A stretch of DNA of 64,000 nucleotides from Prevotella sp. (GCA_045617965.1 JAZLJQ010000014.1:21443-85442), one strand, 5' to 3'; positions 1 to 11,199 are shown, counted from the stretch's first letter. Made by a program: numbers and translations. Notes: a model not told the origin generated them from the sequence alone.

Positions 1-1675
1 TTTCCTCATTGCTGAGTATTTGTCCTGTTGGTATTGCCGATATTTGAGCGATGCGTAACACTACATCGCTGATAATATCTTCTGAATTAGGTGTTTCTGT
101 GTTATCAAGTATTTTGCGCACCAACATATTGACATCAATATCTTTTAGTCCTGCGGGTAGTGCCGTAATAGAATAACTTTCTCCTCCAAGATGTTGTATT
201 TCAAATCCCATTGCTATAAGTGTATCAAAAATACTATCAAGGAAGAGTGCCTCTTTTTTTGATACATCTATCACTTCTGGGAAGATGACTTTTTGTGAAG
301 TCGTTAGTAGTGCGTGTGAGCGCATGGCAAGCAAATGCTCGTAGAGGATTCTTACATGAGCACGATGCTGATCAACTAACATGAGTCCAGACTTTACTGC
401 AGTCATTATTAGCATACCCTTATACTGATAGTGAGTTGGCGATTTTTCTTTTAATTCTGGGGCATCATCGTTTAAGGAATATGGTGTATCAAACAAATAG
501 GTTTCTTTCGGTTGTTGTGGGTTATGATATAATTGTTGCCATTCATTTGGAACTTTTTTTTCGTGAGATGATAGAAATGGATTATATTCCGATTCTTTCA
601 TCTGCATTATTACTTTTGGTGTCTTTGTTGGATTGTAAACAGGTGTGTCAACAATCTGTTCAGAGAGGTTTAATGTAGGTAGTTGGCAGAAAGTACCTAG
701 TGCCTCACGTACACCTGCCATTAGAATTTGAAAAACTGATTGCTCATTTTCAAATTTTATTTCTGTCTTGACAGGGTGAATGTTCACATCTATATCTTTG
801 GCATCAATCTCTAAATAGATATAATAAAGAGGTTGTTCTCCTATTGGTATTAGTCGCTCATAGGCATTGAGTACCGCTTTATGAAAATAAGGATGGCGCA
901 TATAACGACCATTAACAAAAAAATTTTGTTGTGCTCCTTTTTTCTTTGCGCTTTCAGGTTTTCCCACAAAGCCATAAATTTTTACCAATGAGGTGTCAAC
1001 ATTTATTGGCAATAAGTATTGATCTACTTTCTTGCCCGCAATGTCGGCAATTCGTTTTCGCAGATTTCCTTGTGAAAGACTTTGCAATAAAGTGCCATTG
1101 CTGCTTAATGTAAAAGCGATGTTGGGGTATACTAATGCAATGCGTTCAAATGCTGTTATGATGTTGGATAGTTCGGTATAGTTTGATTTTAGAAAACGAC
1201 GTCGAGCCGGTACATTAAAAAATAAGTTTTTTACCAAAAAATTGCATCCAACAGCACATGCTATAGGCTCTTGGTTTTCAATCTGTGATGCCGTAATGCT
1301 AATGCTTGTTCCTATCTCATCATCATTCCTTCGTGTTTTTAATTCGACTTGTGCTACAGCAGCTATTGATGCAAGTGCTTCGCCTCGAAATCCCATCGTG
1401 GAAAGTGTAAATAGGTCTTCTGCAGCACGAATCTTTGAGGTGGCATGTCTTTCAAATGCCATTCGTGCATCGGTAGCAGACATCCCCTTCCCGTTATCAA
1501 TGACTTGAATGGCGGTGCGTCCTGCATCGGTGATAAAGACATCTATTTTTGTGGCTCCCGCGTCTACGGCATTTTCCACAAGTTCTTTTATTACTGACGC
1601 AGGTCGTTGTATGACCTCTCCTGCAGCGATTTGGTTAGCTACGGCTTCAGAAAGCAGTTTTATTACATCGCTCAT
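1..1675 (-). CDS. mutL: DNA mismatch repair endonuclease MutL (partial, 3' end runs off the window)
   Basis: Not in the ORF track. The minus strand from the ATG at 1675 reads MSDVIKLLSEAVANQIAAGEVIQRPASVIKELVENAVDAG. Further on are ERHATSKI, MGFRGEALASIA, DVNIHPVKTEI and the C-terminal VDQHRAHVRILYE motif. Confidence 0.97.
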   Translation of the reverse strand, partial: MSDVIKLLSEAVANQIAAGEVIQRPASVIKELVENAVDAGATKIDVFITDAGRTAIQVIDNGKGMSATDARMAFERHATSKIRAAEDLFTLSTMGFRGEALASIAAVAQVELKTRRNDDEIGTSISITASQIENQEPIACAVGCNFLVKNLFFNVPARRRFLKSNYTELSNIITAFERIALVYPNIAFTLSSNGTLLQSLSQGNLRKRIADIAGKKVDQYLLPINVDTSLVKIYGFVGKPESAKKKGAQQNFFVNGRYMRHPYFHKAVLNAYERLIPIGEQPLYYIYLEIDAKDIDVNIHPVKTEIKFENEQSVFQILMAGVREALGTFCQLPTLNLSEQIVDTPVYNPTKTPKVIMQMKESEYNPFLSSHEKKVPNEWQQLYHNPQQPKETYLFDTPYSLNDDAPELKEKSPTHYQYKGMLIMTAVKSGLMLVDQHRAHVRILYEHLLAMRSHALLTTSQKVIFPEVIDVSKKEALFLDSIFDTLIAMGFEIQHLGGESYSITALPAGLKDIDVNMLVRKILDNTETPNSEDIISDVVLRIAQISAIPTGQILSNEE

Positions 1676-1707
1676 AGGTATTCTTTTATCTTTTTTTTAC
1701 TTGCAAG

Positions 1708-1715
1708 CAAAGATA
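1708..1715 (-). promoter_or_regulatory. Bacteroidota sigma-A -7 element (TATCTTTG) for mutL
   Basis: Matches the TAnnTTTG consensus about 30 nt upstream of the mutL ATG. Confidence 0.6.
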
Positions 1716-2170
1716 ATACTTTTTTATTTTATTCTATTATCATCCTTTCTCATTTCAAGGATATTAAATTTTTTTTACGCGGAGCGTTGATTAGCGGGTG
1801 AGTAAATTGTCGTTCCTACGTGGTCAAACGCACATGATTTTGTCTATATAATAAGGTGTATTTACCGCGTGTGTTATGGGTGCTGAACACGATGGTTTGC
1901 GAGGCCGATAAGGATGGTTCGCAAAGAGCATCGCGAGCGGTTGATTTTTGTAATAGTCAAAGTCCATAAAAATACCTATTTGTTGAAGTAGTAATTTTGT
2001 GTTTGCAAAGATGAAAAACCAAATTATCCCTCTGCAAATTTTTCATCATTTGCATGCTTATGCACTTAATTTCAATACAAAAATCTACTCAAAATCATTC
2101 CAAAAATCATCTAGATATAATTTGTAAATTTATAGAACCCACCTAAATCTAAAATAAATCAAGTTTATTT

Positions 2171-2201
2171 TTTGCTTTATCCTTGATTTGCACTAATTTT
2201 G
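2171..2201 (+). promoter_or_regulatory. Bacteroidota promoter for sdhCAB (TTTG-N19-TAATTTTG)
   Basis: -33 TTTG at 2171-2174 and -7 TAATTTTG at 2194-2201 with canonical spacing. Confidence 0.7.
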
Positions 2202-2263
2202 CATGCTTACTAAAAAATAATGGCGATAAACATAAATACAAACAATATAAAAAATTAAAACAC

Positions 2264-2959
2264 ATGTGGTTATTAAATTCATCTATTGGTAGGAAAGTCA
2301 TCATGTCGCTTACAGGCATCTGTCTTATCCTTTTTATGACGTTTCATGCGTCAATGAATATTGTAGCACTTATCTCTGGCGAGGGTTACAATACTATTTG
2401 TGAAATGTTGGGAGCTAATTGGTACGCAGTTGTTGCAACTGTTGCTCTTGCCGTATTGGCAATGCTACATTTCGTATTTGCTTTCTGGCTCACAATATTG
2501 AACAGAAAAGCACGCGGTACACAGAAATATGACATCACAGCAAAGCCTGACAAGGTGGAATGGGCTTCACAAAACATGCTTGTGTTGGGTATCATCGTAC
2601 TTTTAGGTATCATCTTACACTTATTCAATTTCTGGTACAATATGATGTATACAGAGTTGCTAGGTAATGATATTAATGCTCTCGGGCTAGATACCGCTGA
2701 TGGTTTTGGACTGATGAAAGAAGTGTTTACTAATCCTATATTTGTAGTGTTGTACATCATCTGGTTTGTTGCTCTATGGATGCATCTTACTCACGGATTT
2801 TGGAGTGCTATGCAAACTCTTGGATGGAATGGAAAAAAATGGTTCTGTCGTTGGAAGATTATAGGTTCGCTATATGCAACTATCCTCGTGATCGCATTTA
2901 TTGTAGTAGTACTTGGATTCTTCTTTGGTATCGCCCCAAGTCTAAACACTGTGTGTTAA
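2264..2959 (+). CDS. sdhC: Succinate dehydrogenase/fumarate reductase cytochrome b subunit
   Basis: MWLLNSSIGRKVIMSLTG start, about five TM helices and heme-ligand His residues (TFH, MLH, LHL, HLTHG). First gene of the C-A-B operon. Start moved to ATG 2264. Confidence 0.93.
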   Translation: MWLLNSSIGRKVIMSLTGICLILFMTFHASMNIVALISGEGYNTICEMLGANWYAVVATVALAVLAMLHFVFAFWLTILNRKARGTQKYDITAKPDKVEWASQNMLVLGIIVLLGIILHLFNFWYNMMYTELLGNDINALGLDTADGFGLMKEVFTNPIFVVLYIIWFVALWMHLTHGFWSAMQTLGWNGKKWFCRWKIIGSLYATILVIAFIVVVLGFFFGIAPSLNTVC

Positions 2960-2998
2960 TTGATAATTAAAAATTGGCAATTAAAAAATTCACATATT

Positions 2999-4948
2999 AT
3001 GGCAAAACAAATAAATTCAAAAATACCAGAGGGACCTGTAGCAAGTAAATGGAAAGAATATAAAGCTCACCAACGCTTGGTTAACCCTAAGAATAAACTA
3101 AAACTTGATGTAATAGTCGTTGGCACAGGTCTTGCAGGTGCTTCTGCAGCTGCTTCACTCGGAGAAATGGGATTTAACGTGTTGAACTTCTGTATTCAGG
3201 ACTCCCCTCGTCGTGCTCACTCCATTGCAGCACAAGGTGGTATCAACGCTGCAAAATGCTATCAAAACGATGGCGACTCTATTTATCGTCTATTCTACGA
3301 CACCGTAAAAGGTGGAGACTATCGTGCTCGTGAGGCTAACGTTTATCGTTTGGCAGAAGTGAGTAATAATATCATAGACCAATGTGTGGCACAAGGCGTT
3401 CCTTTTGCTCGTGAATATGGCGGAATGTTAGCAAATCGTTCTTTTGGAGGAGCACAAGTCAGCCGTACATTCTATGCCAAAGGACAAACAGGTCAACAAC
3501 TTCTTCTTGGCGCATACTCTTCGCTTTCATGTCAAGTGAAAGCAGGGAAGGTGAAACTCTATACACGCTATGAGATGGAAGACCTTGTTATTATAGACGG
3601 TCGTGCTCGTGGTATCATCGCAAAAAACCTTGTAACAGGTAAGCTTGAACGATTCTCGGCAAATGCAGTCGTTATCGGTACTGGTGGCTATGGAAACACT
3701 TATTTTCTTTCAACAAACGCAATGGGATGCAACTGTACTGCAGCTGTTCAATGTTATCGACAAGGTGCTTATTTCGCAAATCCTTCATATGTGCAGATTC
3801 ACCCGACTTGCATTCCTGTTCATGGTGACAAGCAGTCGAAACTGACTCTTATGTCAGAATCTTTGCGTAACGATGGGCGGATATGGGTGCCAAAGAAACT
3901 CGAAGATGCACAGCGTTTGCAACGAGGCGAGATAAAAGGACAAGACATACCAGAAGAAGACCGCGACTATTACTTGGAGCGTAGGTATCCTGCATTTGGT
4001 AACCTTGTCCCACGCGATGTTGCTTCACGCGCTGCAAAAGAGCGTTGTGATAAGGGGTTCGGTGTAAACAATACAGGTCTTGCCGTGTTCCTTGACTTCT
4101 CTGAGTCAATAGAGCGTTTGGGCAAAGATGTTGTTGAACAGCGCTACGGTAACTTATTTGATATGTATCAGGAAATCACAGATGAAAACCCTTATGAAAC
4201 TCCAATGATGATATTCCCTGCCGTTCACTATACAATGGGTGGCATTTGGGTGGATTATGAATTACAGACATCAATACCTGGACTATTCGCTATAGGAGAA
4301 TGTAATTTCTCTGATCATGGAGCAAACCGACTTGGAGCATCTGCATTAATGCAAGGATTGGCAGACGGATATTTCGTGTTGCCATACACTATCCAAAATT
4401 ATCTCGCAGACCAAGCAATTTGGCCTCGTCTGTCAATAGAGATGCCAGAATTTGAAGCTGCTGAAAAGAAAGTCAGCGAAGACATGAATAAGCTTATGAG
4501 CATAAAAGGAAAGCGTTCGGTAGATTCCATACATAAAGAACTTGGACATATTATGTGGGAACACGTCGGAATGGGACGTACAGCCGAAGGATTGAAAGAG
4601 GGCATAAAAATGATAAAGGAACTTAGAAAAGAATTTTGGACAAACCTCTTCATTCCTGGGACCAAAGAAGGACTGAACATAGAATTGGACAAAGCTATAC
4701 ATTTGCGCGACTTCTTACTTATGGGCGAACTTATTGCATACGATGCCCTTTCACGTAACGAAAGTTGTGGTGGCCATTTCCGCGAGGAATACCAGACCGA
4801 AGAGGGCGAAGCAAAGCGCGACGATGAAAACTACTTCTATGTAGGGTGTTGGGAATATCAGGGTGATGACGAAACTGCCCCAGAACTCATCAAAGAACCT
4901 CTTGAATACGAAGCAATAAAGGTACAAACACGTAATTACAAGAACTAA
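2999..4948 (+). CDS. sdhA: Succinate dehydrogenase/fumarate reductase flavoprotein subunit
   Basis: GTGLAG FAD motif, [30 protein letters not shown]. Start moved to ATG 2999. Confidence 0.97.
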   Translation: MAKQINSKIPEGPVASKWKEYKAHQRLVNPKNKLKLDVIVVGTGLAGASAAASLGEMGFNVLNFCIQDSPRRAHSIAAQGGINAAKCYQNDGDSIYRLFYDTVKGGDYRAREANVYRLAEVSNNIIDQCVAQGVPFAREYGGMLANRSFGGAQVSRTFYAKGQTGQQLLLGAYSSLSCQVKAGKVKLYTRYEMEDLVIIDGRARGIIAKNLVTGKLERFSANAVVIGTGGYGNTYFLSTNAMGCNCTAAVQCYRQGAYFANPSYVQIHPTCIPVHGDKQSKLTLMSESLRNDGRIWVPKKLEDAQRLQRGEIKGQDIPEEDRDYYLERRYPAFGNLVPRDVASRAAKERCDKGFGVNNTGLAVFLDFSESIERLGKDVVEQRYGNLFDMYQEITDENPYETPMMIFPAVHYTMGGIWVDYELQTSIPGLFAIGECNFSDHGANRLGASALMQGLADGYFVLPYTIQNYLADQAIWPRLSIEMPEFEAAEKKVSEDMNKLMSIKGKRSVDSIHKELGHIMWEHVGMGRTAEGLKEGIKMIKELRKEFWTNLFIPGTKEGLNIELDKAIHLRDFLLMGELIAYDALSRNESCGGHFREEYQTEEGEAKRDDENYFYVGCWEYQGDDETAPELIKEPLEYEAIKVQTRNYKN

Positions 4949-4965
4949 TACAAATCGGAAAAATC

Positions 4966-5724
4966 ATGGCAAGAAATATTTCATTCACTCTAAAATATTG
5001 GAGACAGAACGGTCCGAAGGACAAAGGTCATTTTGACACTCATGAAATGAAAGATATTCCTGATGATACATCTTTCCTTGAGATGCTTGACATTCTTAAT
5101 GAAGAACTCATCAACGAAGGACAGGAACCATTCGTATTTGATCACGATTGTCGTGAAGGTATTTGTGGTATGTGTTCACTATATATAAATGGTACACCTC
5201 ATGGAAAAACTGAACGTGGAGCAACTACCTGTCAACTCTATATGCGTCGTTTTAACGATGGCGATGTAATTACAGTTGAGCCTTGGCGGTCAGCAGCATT
5301 TCCTGTAATCAAGGATTGCATGGTCGATCGTAATGCTTTTGATAAGATTATTCAAGCTGGCGGTTATAATACCGTTCGTACAGGCCAAGCACAAGATGCA
5401 AATGCTATTCTCATACCAAAACAAGATGCTGATGAGGCGATGGATTGTGCAAGTTGTATCGGCTGTGGTGCTTGTGTCGCTGCTTGCAAGAATGGCTCTG
5501 CAATGCTGTTTGTATCATCAAAAGTAAGCCAGCTTGCACTTCTTCCACAAGGAAGACCAGAAGCGGCAAAGCGTGCAAAGGCAATGGTGATGAAGATGGA
5601 AGAACTCGGATTTGGAAACTGTACAAATACTCGCGCTTGTGAGGCTGTATGTCCAAAGAACGAAAGTATTGCCAATATTGCTCGTTTGAATCGCGAATTT
5701 ATAAAAGCCAAATTGGCAGATTAA
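4966..5724 (+). CDS. sdhB: Succinate dehydrogenase/fumarate reductase iron-sulfur subunit
   Basis: [19 protein letters not shown] and [12 protein letters not shown] Fe-S motifs. Confidence 0.97.
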   Translation: MARNISFTLKYWRQNGPKDKGHFDTHEMKDIPDDTSFLEMLDILNEELINEGQEPFVFDHDCREGICGMCSLYINGTPHGKTERGATTCQLYMRRFNDGDVITVEPWRSAAFPVIKDCMVDRNAFDKIIQAGGYNTVRTGQAQDANAILIPKQDADEAMDCASCIGCGACVAACKNGSAMLFVSSKVSQLALLPQGRPEAAKRAKAMVMKMEELGFGNCTNTRACEAVCPKNESIANIARLNREFIKAKLAD

Positions 5725-5737
5725 GAAAGTCTTTTAT

Positions 5738-5786
5738 GGCTTGTCTTTTTCGTAGAATCTTTATCTACATAAAGGCAAGCCTTTTT
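5738..5786 (+). terminator. Intrinsic terminator after sdhB
   Basis: GGCTTGTCTTT...AAAGGCAAGCC stem with an inner GTAGA/TCTAC pair, followed by TTTTT. Confidence 0.7.
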
Positions 5787-5809
5787 GTATCAATTCATTA
5801 AAGAAAATA

Positions 5810-6466
5810 ATGAGAAAATTACTGATATTCACTATCGCAATAATGAGTGCAATAAGTGTTTCGGCTCAGACCCCAACAATTGGCACTTTCATGCTCCGCC
5901 CAATGATTGGGATAACAATGTCATCATTTGGAGTGAGCATAACACAAAAAACAAGTTCAGGAGAACCCGTTGCTAGCTTGGACTCAAAATATAAAACAGG
6001 TTTCTCTGGTGGTTTGGAAATAGGATACCAACTTAATGACTGGTTCCAACCTTCTGTAGGAATGTTCTATTCACAACAAGGATCAAAATTGAAATATGAA
6101 GATTTTGAGTCAAATGACGAAATCGCAAAAATAAAAACAGACTATCTCACTATACCTATCTTAGCTAACTTTTATGTCTTTGATGGATTTGCGCTCAAAA
6201 CGGGAATACAACCCGCAATATTGCTCAACGATAGTTATAGTAATTTAAAATCTACTGAAACAACAAATTATATTAAAAAATTTCAGATACAAATACCTGT
6301 TGGAGTGTCTTACCAATATAAAAATTTTGTTATAGATGCTCGTGCAATGGTACCAATTACAAAGGTATTCAATAAAGACAAACTCAAGGATGCATTAGAA
6401 TATTTTGAAGATTCTCAAAACAATGCATTCTCAATAACGATCGGATATAATCTTGAAGTAAAATAA
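5810..6466 (+). CDS. Outer-membrane beta-barrel protein (PorT/OMP_b-brl porin family)
   Basis: Signal peptide ending VSAQ, YSQQG and DYLTIPILANFY motifs, alternating beta-strand pattern, C-terminal ITIGYNL. Confidence 0.8.
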   Translation: MRKLLIFTIAIMSAISVSAQTPTIGTFMLRPMIGITMSSFGVSITQKTSSGEPVASLDSKYKTGFSGGLEIGYQLNDWFQPSVGMFYSQQGSKLKYEDFESNDEIAKIKTDYLTIPILANFYVFDGFALKTGIQPAILLNDSYSNLKSTETTNYIKKFQIQIPVGVSYQYKNFVIDARAMVPITKVFNKDKLKDALEYFEDSQNNAFSITIGYNLEVK

Positions 6467-8227
6467 ATGAATATTGAAGAGCAATTGATAGTGTCTATAG
6501 TCAAGTCAATAGACGTGTTATATAATAGCAAGGTTGAAGAAAAATCAATCTCACTCCAAAAAACTAGAAAAGAGTTTGAAGGAAATTTCACTCTTATGGT
6601 GTTCCCATTTTTGAAACTCTCACACAAATCACCAGAGGATACCGCAAATGAAATAGGATCTTGGCTTCAAGATAATGAAAGCATCATCAAGCGTTTCAAT
6701 GTTGTAAAAGGATTCTTGAATCTTACAGTCTCCAATTCTTCAATGCTTGATATGCTCCAAAAAATAGATGAAGACGATGATTTCGGCAAGATTAAAACTC
6801 AAGAAGACAAGAAACCATTGGTAATGGTAGAATACTCTTCACCAAATACAAATAAACCTTTACATCTCGGACATGTGAGAAACAATTTGCTAGGATGGTC
6901 ATTAAGTCAAATAATGGAAGCTAATGGGAATTATGTCGTAAAAACAAATATCGTAAATGACCGTGGTATCCATATTTGCAAATCAATGCTTGCATGGCAA
7001 AAGTGGGGTAATGGCGAAACACCCGAAACTTCAGGCAAAAAAGGCGACCATCTTATAGGTGATTATTACGTACTCTTTGATAAGAAGAATAAGGAACAGG
7101 CTGAAGGACTCGCAGAAGGCGAAGAGACACCATTGATGAGGGAAGCACGTGAAATGCTCGTAAAGTGGGAACAGAACGATACAGAAGTGCGCTCACTTTG
7201 GCGGATGATGAACTCTTGGGTTTATGCAGGTTTTGATGAATCATATAAGGCTCTTGGTGTCGGATTTGATAAGATCTACTATGAAAGCGAGACATATCTT
7301 GTCGGGAAAGAAAAGGTAGAAGAGGGATTGAATAAGGGAGTTTTCTTTCGCAAAGAGGATGAAAGTGTTTGGGCAGACTTGACGAAAGATGGACTTGATG
7401 AAAAACTACTCTTGCGTAGTGACGGAACATCTGTTTATATGACACAAGATATAGGTACGGCAACTTTACGTTTTAAGGACTATCCTATTGACAAGATGAT
7501 TTATGTTGTTGGTAATGAGCAGAATTATCATTTTCAAGTTCTGTCATTATTATTAGACAAACTTGGTTTTAAATGGGGAAAAGACCTTGTGCATTTTTCT
7601 TATGGAATGGTGGAGTTACCAAATGGCAAGATGAAATCACGCGAAGGTACTGTAGTTGATGCTGACGACCTTATTGCGGGCATGATTAAAGATGCACGAA
7701 AAGTTGGTGATGAGGCAGGGAAATTTGCTGATATGAGTGAAGAAGAAAAGCAAGAGGTAGCACGTATTGTCGGCTTAGGGGCACTAAAATATTTCATTCT
7801 CAAAGTAGATGCGAGAAAAAATATGCTCTTTAATCCGGCAGAAAGTATTGACTTCAATGGTAATACGGGACCATTTATACAATATACTTATGCACGTATC
7901 CGTAGCATTTTGAGAAAGGCAAGCCAACAACAAAATATAGAGATTGATTCATGCACTCTCAACGATAAGGAGATAGAATTAATTCAAAAGATGAATGAAT
8001 ACCCTGTTGTTGTTGCACAAGCTGGTAAGGATTATAACCCAAGTTGTATTGCAAACTATTGTTACGAATTAACAAAGTTATTTAATCAATTTTACCACGA
8101 TTGTCCAATCTTAAAAGGAGTAGATGAGCGTACACAGTTGTTGCGTTTAGTTCTGGCTCGTAATGTAGCGAAAATTATCAAAAGTGGCATGAGGCTTTTA
8201 GGTATTGAAGTGCCAGAAAGAATGTAA
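6467..8227 (+). CDS. argS: Arginine--tRNA ligase
   Basis: EYSSPNTNKPLHLGH (HIGH-like), KMKSREG, DALR-type anticodon domain ending PERM. Confidence 0.97.
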   Translation: MNIEEQLIVSIVKSIDVLYNSKVEEKSISLQKTRKEFEGNFTLMVFPFLKLSHKSPEDTANEIGSWLQDNESIIKRFNVVKGFLNLTVSNSSMLDMLQKIDEDDDFGKIKTQEDKKPLVMVEYSSPNTNKPLHLGHVRNNLLGWSLSQIMEANGNYVVKTNIVNDRGIHICKSMLAWQKWGNGETPETSGKKGDHLIGDYYVLFDKKNKEQAEGLAEGEETPLMREAREMLVKWEQNDTEVRSLWRMMNSWVYAGFDESYKALGVGFDKIYYESETYLVGKEKVEEGLNKGVFFRKEDESVWADLTKDGLDEKLLLRSDGTSVYMTQDIGTATLRFKDYPIDKMIYVVGNEQNYHFQVLSLLLDKLGFKWGKDLVHFSYGMVELPNGKMKSREGTVVDADDLIAGMIKDARKVGDEAGKFADMSEEEKQEVARIVGLGALKYFILKVDARKNMLFNPAESIDFNGNTGPFIQYTYARIRSILRKASQQQNIEIDSCTLNDKEIELIQKMNEYPVVVAQAGKDYNPSCIANYCYELTKLFNQFYHDCPILKGVDERTQLLRLVLARNVAKIIKSGMRLLGIEVPERM

Positions 8228-8248
8228 TTGATTTTACACATTATATAG

Positions 8249-8650
8249 ATGGAAGCATGGTGTGTTGACGCAGCTTGTAGTGGTAATCCCGGAGCAATGG
8301 AATATCGTGGAGTAGATCTTGTTACAAAGAAGCAAATATTTCATTTTGGTCCTATTCAAGCTACAAATAATATTGGTGAATTTCTCGCCATTGTGCATGC
8401 CGCTGCTCTTATTAAACAACGTGGGCTGAAAAATATCATTATTTATAGTGATAGTGTTAGTGCTCTTGCTTGGGTGAGAAATAAGAAAGCGAAAACACAA
8501 CTTGTACGTGATGAAAAGACAGCACTGGCCCTTGACCTTGTACAAAGGGCAGAAAAGTGGCTACATACCAATCCGGATTTACCTGAAATAAAAAAATGGG
8601 ATACAAAAGAATGTGGTGAAATCCCGGCTGATTTTGGGAGAAAGAAATAA
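8249..8650 (+). CDS. rnhA: Ribonuclease HI (catalytic domain only)
   Basis: VDAACSGNPG, TNNIGEFLAIVH, IYSDS, KWDT..GEIPADFGRK. Confidence 0.9.
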   Translation: MEAWCVDAACSGNPGAMEYRGVDLVTKKQIFHFGPIQATNNIGEFLAIVHAAALIKQRGLKNIIIYSDSVSALAWVRNKKAKTQLVRDEKTALALDLVQRAEKWLHTNPDLPEIKKWDTKECGEIPADFGRKK

Positions 8651-8694
8651 TGAATGAAAATAGATCATAAATAAAGGTTTATAAACAATAATGG

Positions 8695-8726
8695 AAAAAG
8701 GCGATAAATTATTACATCGCCTTTTT
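8695..8726. terminator. Bidirectional intrinsic terminator between rnhA and cobB
   Basis: AAAAAGGCGAT-N10-ATCGCCTTTTT between convergent genes. Confidence 0.8.
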
Positions 8727-8740
8727 ATTCGTCCATTTTA

Positions 8741-9442
8741 TTATTTCATTTGATCAAGAATTGTTTTCATTTCTCTCATGCCCTCTGAAGCACCTTTTTG
8801 AATATGTGTGAAATGACGAACTCTAGTAGTGATAGTTATAGGATCAATAAGATAAATAGGAACATTTGGATTCACATATTGTACCAATCCTGCTGCAGGG
8901 TAAACATTTAGGCTTGTACCGATGATTATAAAAATATCAGCTTGCATCGTCAATTCTACTGCTTGTTCAATGTTTGGAACAGTTTCACCAAAAAATACAA
9001 TATATGGTCGAAGAAGACTTCCATCACCAGCCTTCGCGCCGGGTTTTATTTCAAGATTATCATTAGTTAAGGTCTGCTGAAAACGCAGATCTTCAACATT
9101 ATAAGACGAACACACTTTCATTAGTTCACCATGAAGGTGAAGAACATTTGTACTTCCCGCTTGTTCGTGCAAATTGTCAACATTTTGAGTAATAATATTT
9201 ACCTCAAAATCTTGTTCTAATTTTGCCAATAGACGATGTCCTTCATTAGGTTTCTTTGTTATGAGTTGTTTTCGAAGCATATTATAGAAATTAGTCACAA
9301 GTGTTGGGTCGTTTTCCCAACCTTCGTGTGATGCTACTTGTTGAACAGGGTAATTTTCCCATAGCCCATCAGCATCACGGAAAGTGCTTAATCCACTTTC
9401 AACAGACATACCGGCTCCTGTAAGTACAACTATTTTCTTCAT
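8741..9442 (-). CDS. cobB: NAD-dependent deacylase (sirtuin)
   Basis: TGAGMSVESGLSTFR, TQNVDNLHEQAG, HLHG, GTSLNVYPAAG. Start taken at MKKIVV. Confidence 0.92.
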   Translation of the reverse strand: MKKIVVLTGAGMSVESGLSTFRDADGLWENYPVQQVASHEGWENDPTLVTNFYNMLRKQLITKKPNEGHRLLAKLEQDFEVNIITQNVDNLHEQAGSTNVLHLHGELMKVCSSYNVEDLRFQQTLTNDNLEIKPGAKAGDGSLLRPYIVFFGETVPNIEQAVELTMQADIFIIIGTSLNVYPAAGLVQYVNPNVPIYLIDPITITTRVRHFTHIQKGASEGMREMKTILDQMK

Positions 9443-9452
9443 ATCGAAAGTC

Positions 9453-11171
9453 TTATGCATCTTTTTGCTTAACTCCCATACGAGCTTCTACGACATTTTT
9501 GACATAATCACCAAGTTTTTCACACTCACTAACAATATCCATATACATTGTGCCAAGTGAGTAAGAATAAACTTGATTTTCAATATCACTGATATTTTGA
9601 TTGCGAAGTTGATTGCGGAAATTATTTATTTCATTTTCAAGATTGAATGAGCGATTGATATCTACTTGACTACGACGCCCACTCATCACAGAATTCATTT
9701 GTGATAAAGCATTATCTATGAGGTGCATCATTTGTGCAATATGAGTGTATTGTTCCTCTGAAAAATCTTCTTTCCCATTAAATTTGCGGTTAAGTGTACG
9801 TGCGATATTAAAACAACTATCTCCAATACTTTCTATTTCACTTATTTCACGCAGCATAGCACGGATCTTCCCCTTTGTCTCATCGGAAAGGTGATTATCA
9901 CTAACATGTTCAAGATATTTCGCAATTTCCACTTCCATACTATCTGCAATTCCTTCATATTTTTCAATACGGGAGAAATTTTTAGTGAATTCGCTAGTGT
10001 CTTTTATTTGCATTAAATCTTGAGTCATTCTAAACATACGTTGAATACGTTGCGCAAATAATGTTATTTCTTTTTGAGCTTCTAGTACAGAAAGCTCAGG
10101 CGTTTGCATAAAACCAGAGGTAATAAAGCGCAAACGAAATTCATCCTCATCTTCGCTCTTTTTCTGTTTGATAATATGGCAAACAATGTTTTTTAATTGA
10201 GGAATGAACCAAATGAGAATTGCAGTATTGATTAGATTAAAGCAAGTGTGGAAAGTTGCAAGAACAAATGAGAGTTTGGCGGTATTTGCCATAAATGTTG
10301 CAGTATCAACACTCTTTTTTGTCATTGTAACATCAAATCCGGCAAGTGAGCATACAAAATCAACAAATGGCTGGAAACAAATAAGCACCCAAATGACTCC
10401 AAAGACATTGAATAGCATGTGTGCCAAAGCCGCCCTACGTGCTTGAGTGTTTGCTGTAAGTGCAATAACATTTGAAGTTACAGTTGTGCCAATGTTTTCG
10501 CCCATGACAAGTGCAATACCTTGGTATATTGGCAACACACCTGTAGAACAAAGAATCATAGTGATTGCCATTACGGCCGCAGAACTTTGTACTGCCATGG
10601 TAAGAAGCCCCCCAAAGAATAAAAAAACAAATGTAGTTAGAAAACTATTTGGGTTAAACGAAGAAAAAAAACCAATTACGGCTTCATTGCCCCCTAAGTC
10701 CATATCTATACCCGTTTGGCGTAAAGTCCCAAGACCAAGAAACATAAAAGCAATACCAAAAAGAAAATCTCCCCCACTCTTTTTCTTTTTAGTATAAATA
10801 AGTAACAAAGCAATTACAAATGTAGGATATACAAAGTCTGTGATATTAAATGAGAATCCTGCACTCATTATCCATGCTGTAAGCGTAGTACCTATGTTCG
10901 CGCCCATGATGACGGAGATCGCTTGCGCCAAAGTCAATAGACCTGCATTTACAAATGATACTGTCATGACTGTTGTCGCCGTAGAAGACTGTACGGATGC
11001 TGTGACAAATATTCCCGTCAACATTCCTGTAAAACGATTTGTTGTCATTGCTCCAAGAATATGGCGCAACTGACTTCCTGCCATTTTTTGCAAACTTTCG
11101 CTCATGGACTTCATTCCATACATCAACAATGCCAACGAGCCGATAAGTTTAAAGAAAATCAATATAGGCAT
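9453..11171 (-). CDS. Na/Pi cotransporter family protein with PhoU-like C-terminus
   Basis: Two QSS repeats (VQSSTATT, VQSSAA), GANIGTT and GENIGTT, and a soluble helical tail with ESIGD and EKLGD. Confidence 0.92.
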   Translation of the reverse strand: MPILIFFKLIGSLALLMYGMKSMSESLQKMAGSQLRHILGAMTTNRFTGMLTGIFVTASVQSSTATTVMTVSFVNAGLLTLAQAISVIMGANIGTTLTAWIMSAGFSFNITDFVYPTFVIALLLIYTKKKKSGGDFLFGIAFMFLGLGTLRQTGIDMDLGGNEAVIGFFSSFNPNSFLTTFVFLFFGGLLTMAVQSSAAVMAITMILCSTGVLPIYQGIALVMGENIGTTVTSNVIALTANTQARRAALAHMLFNVFGVIWVLICFQPFVDFVCSLAGFDVTMTKKSVDTATFMANTAKLSFVLATFHTCFNLINTAILIWFIPQLKNIVCHIIKQKKSEDEDEFRLRFITSGFMQTPELSVLEAQKEITLFAQRIQRMFRMTQDLMQIKDTSEFTKNFSRIEKYEGIADSMEVEIAKYLEHVSDNHLSDETKGKIRAMLREISEIESIGDSCFNIARTLNRKFNGKEDFSEEQYTHIAQMMHLIDNALSQMNSVMSGRRSQVDINRSFNLENEINNFRNQLRNQNISDIENQVYSYSLGTMYMDIVSECEKLGDYVKNVVEARMGVKQKDA

Positions 11172-11199
11172 AAAACTATCTTTATGTTTAACGCAAACG

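Noticed and set aside
436-1801. Plus-strand short ORFs (436-678, 931-1113, 1242-1508, 1509-1790, 1607-1801)
   Set aside because: They are antisense shadows of mutL, which the ORF track missed because it runs off the window edge.
8741-9442. Sirtuin as an anti-phage (Sir2/ThsA-type) effector
   Set aside because: It is a stand-alone CobB-type deacylase in housekeeping context with no defence partner genes.
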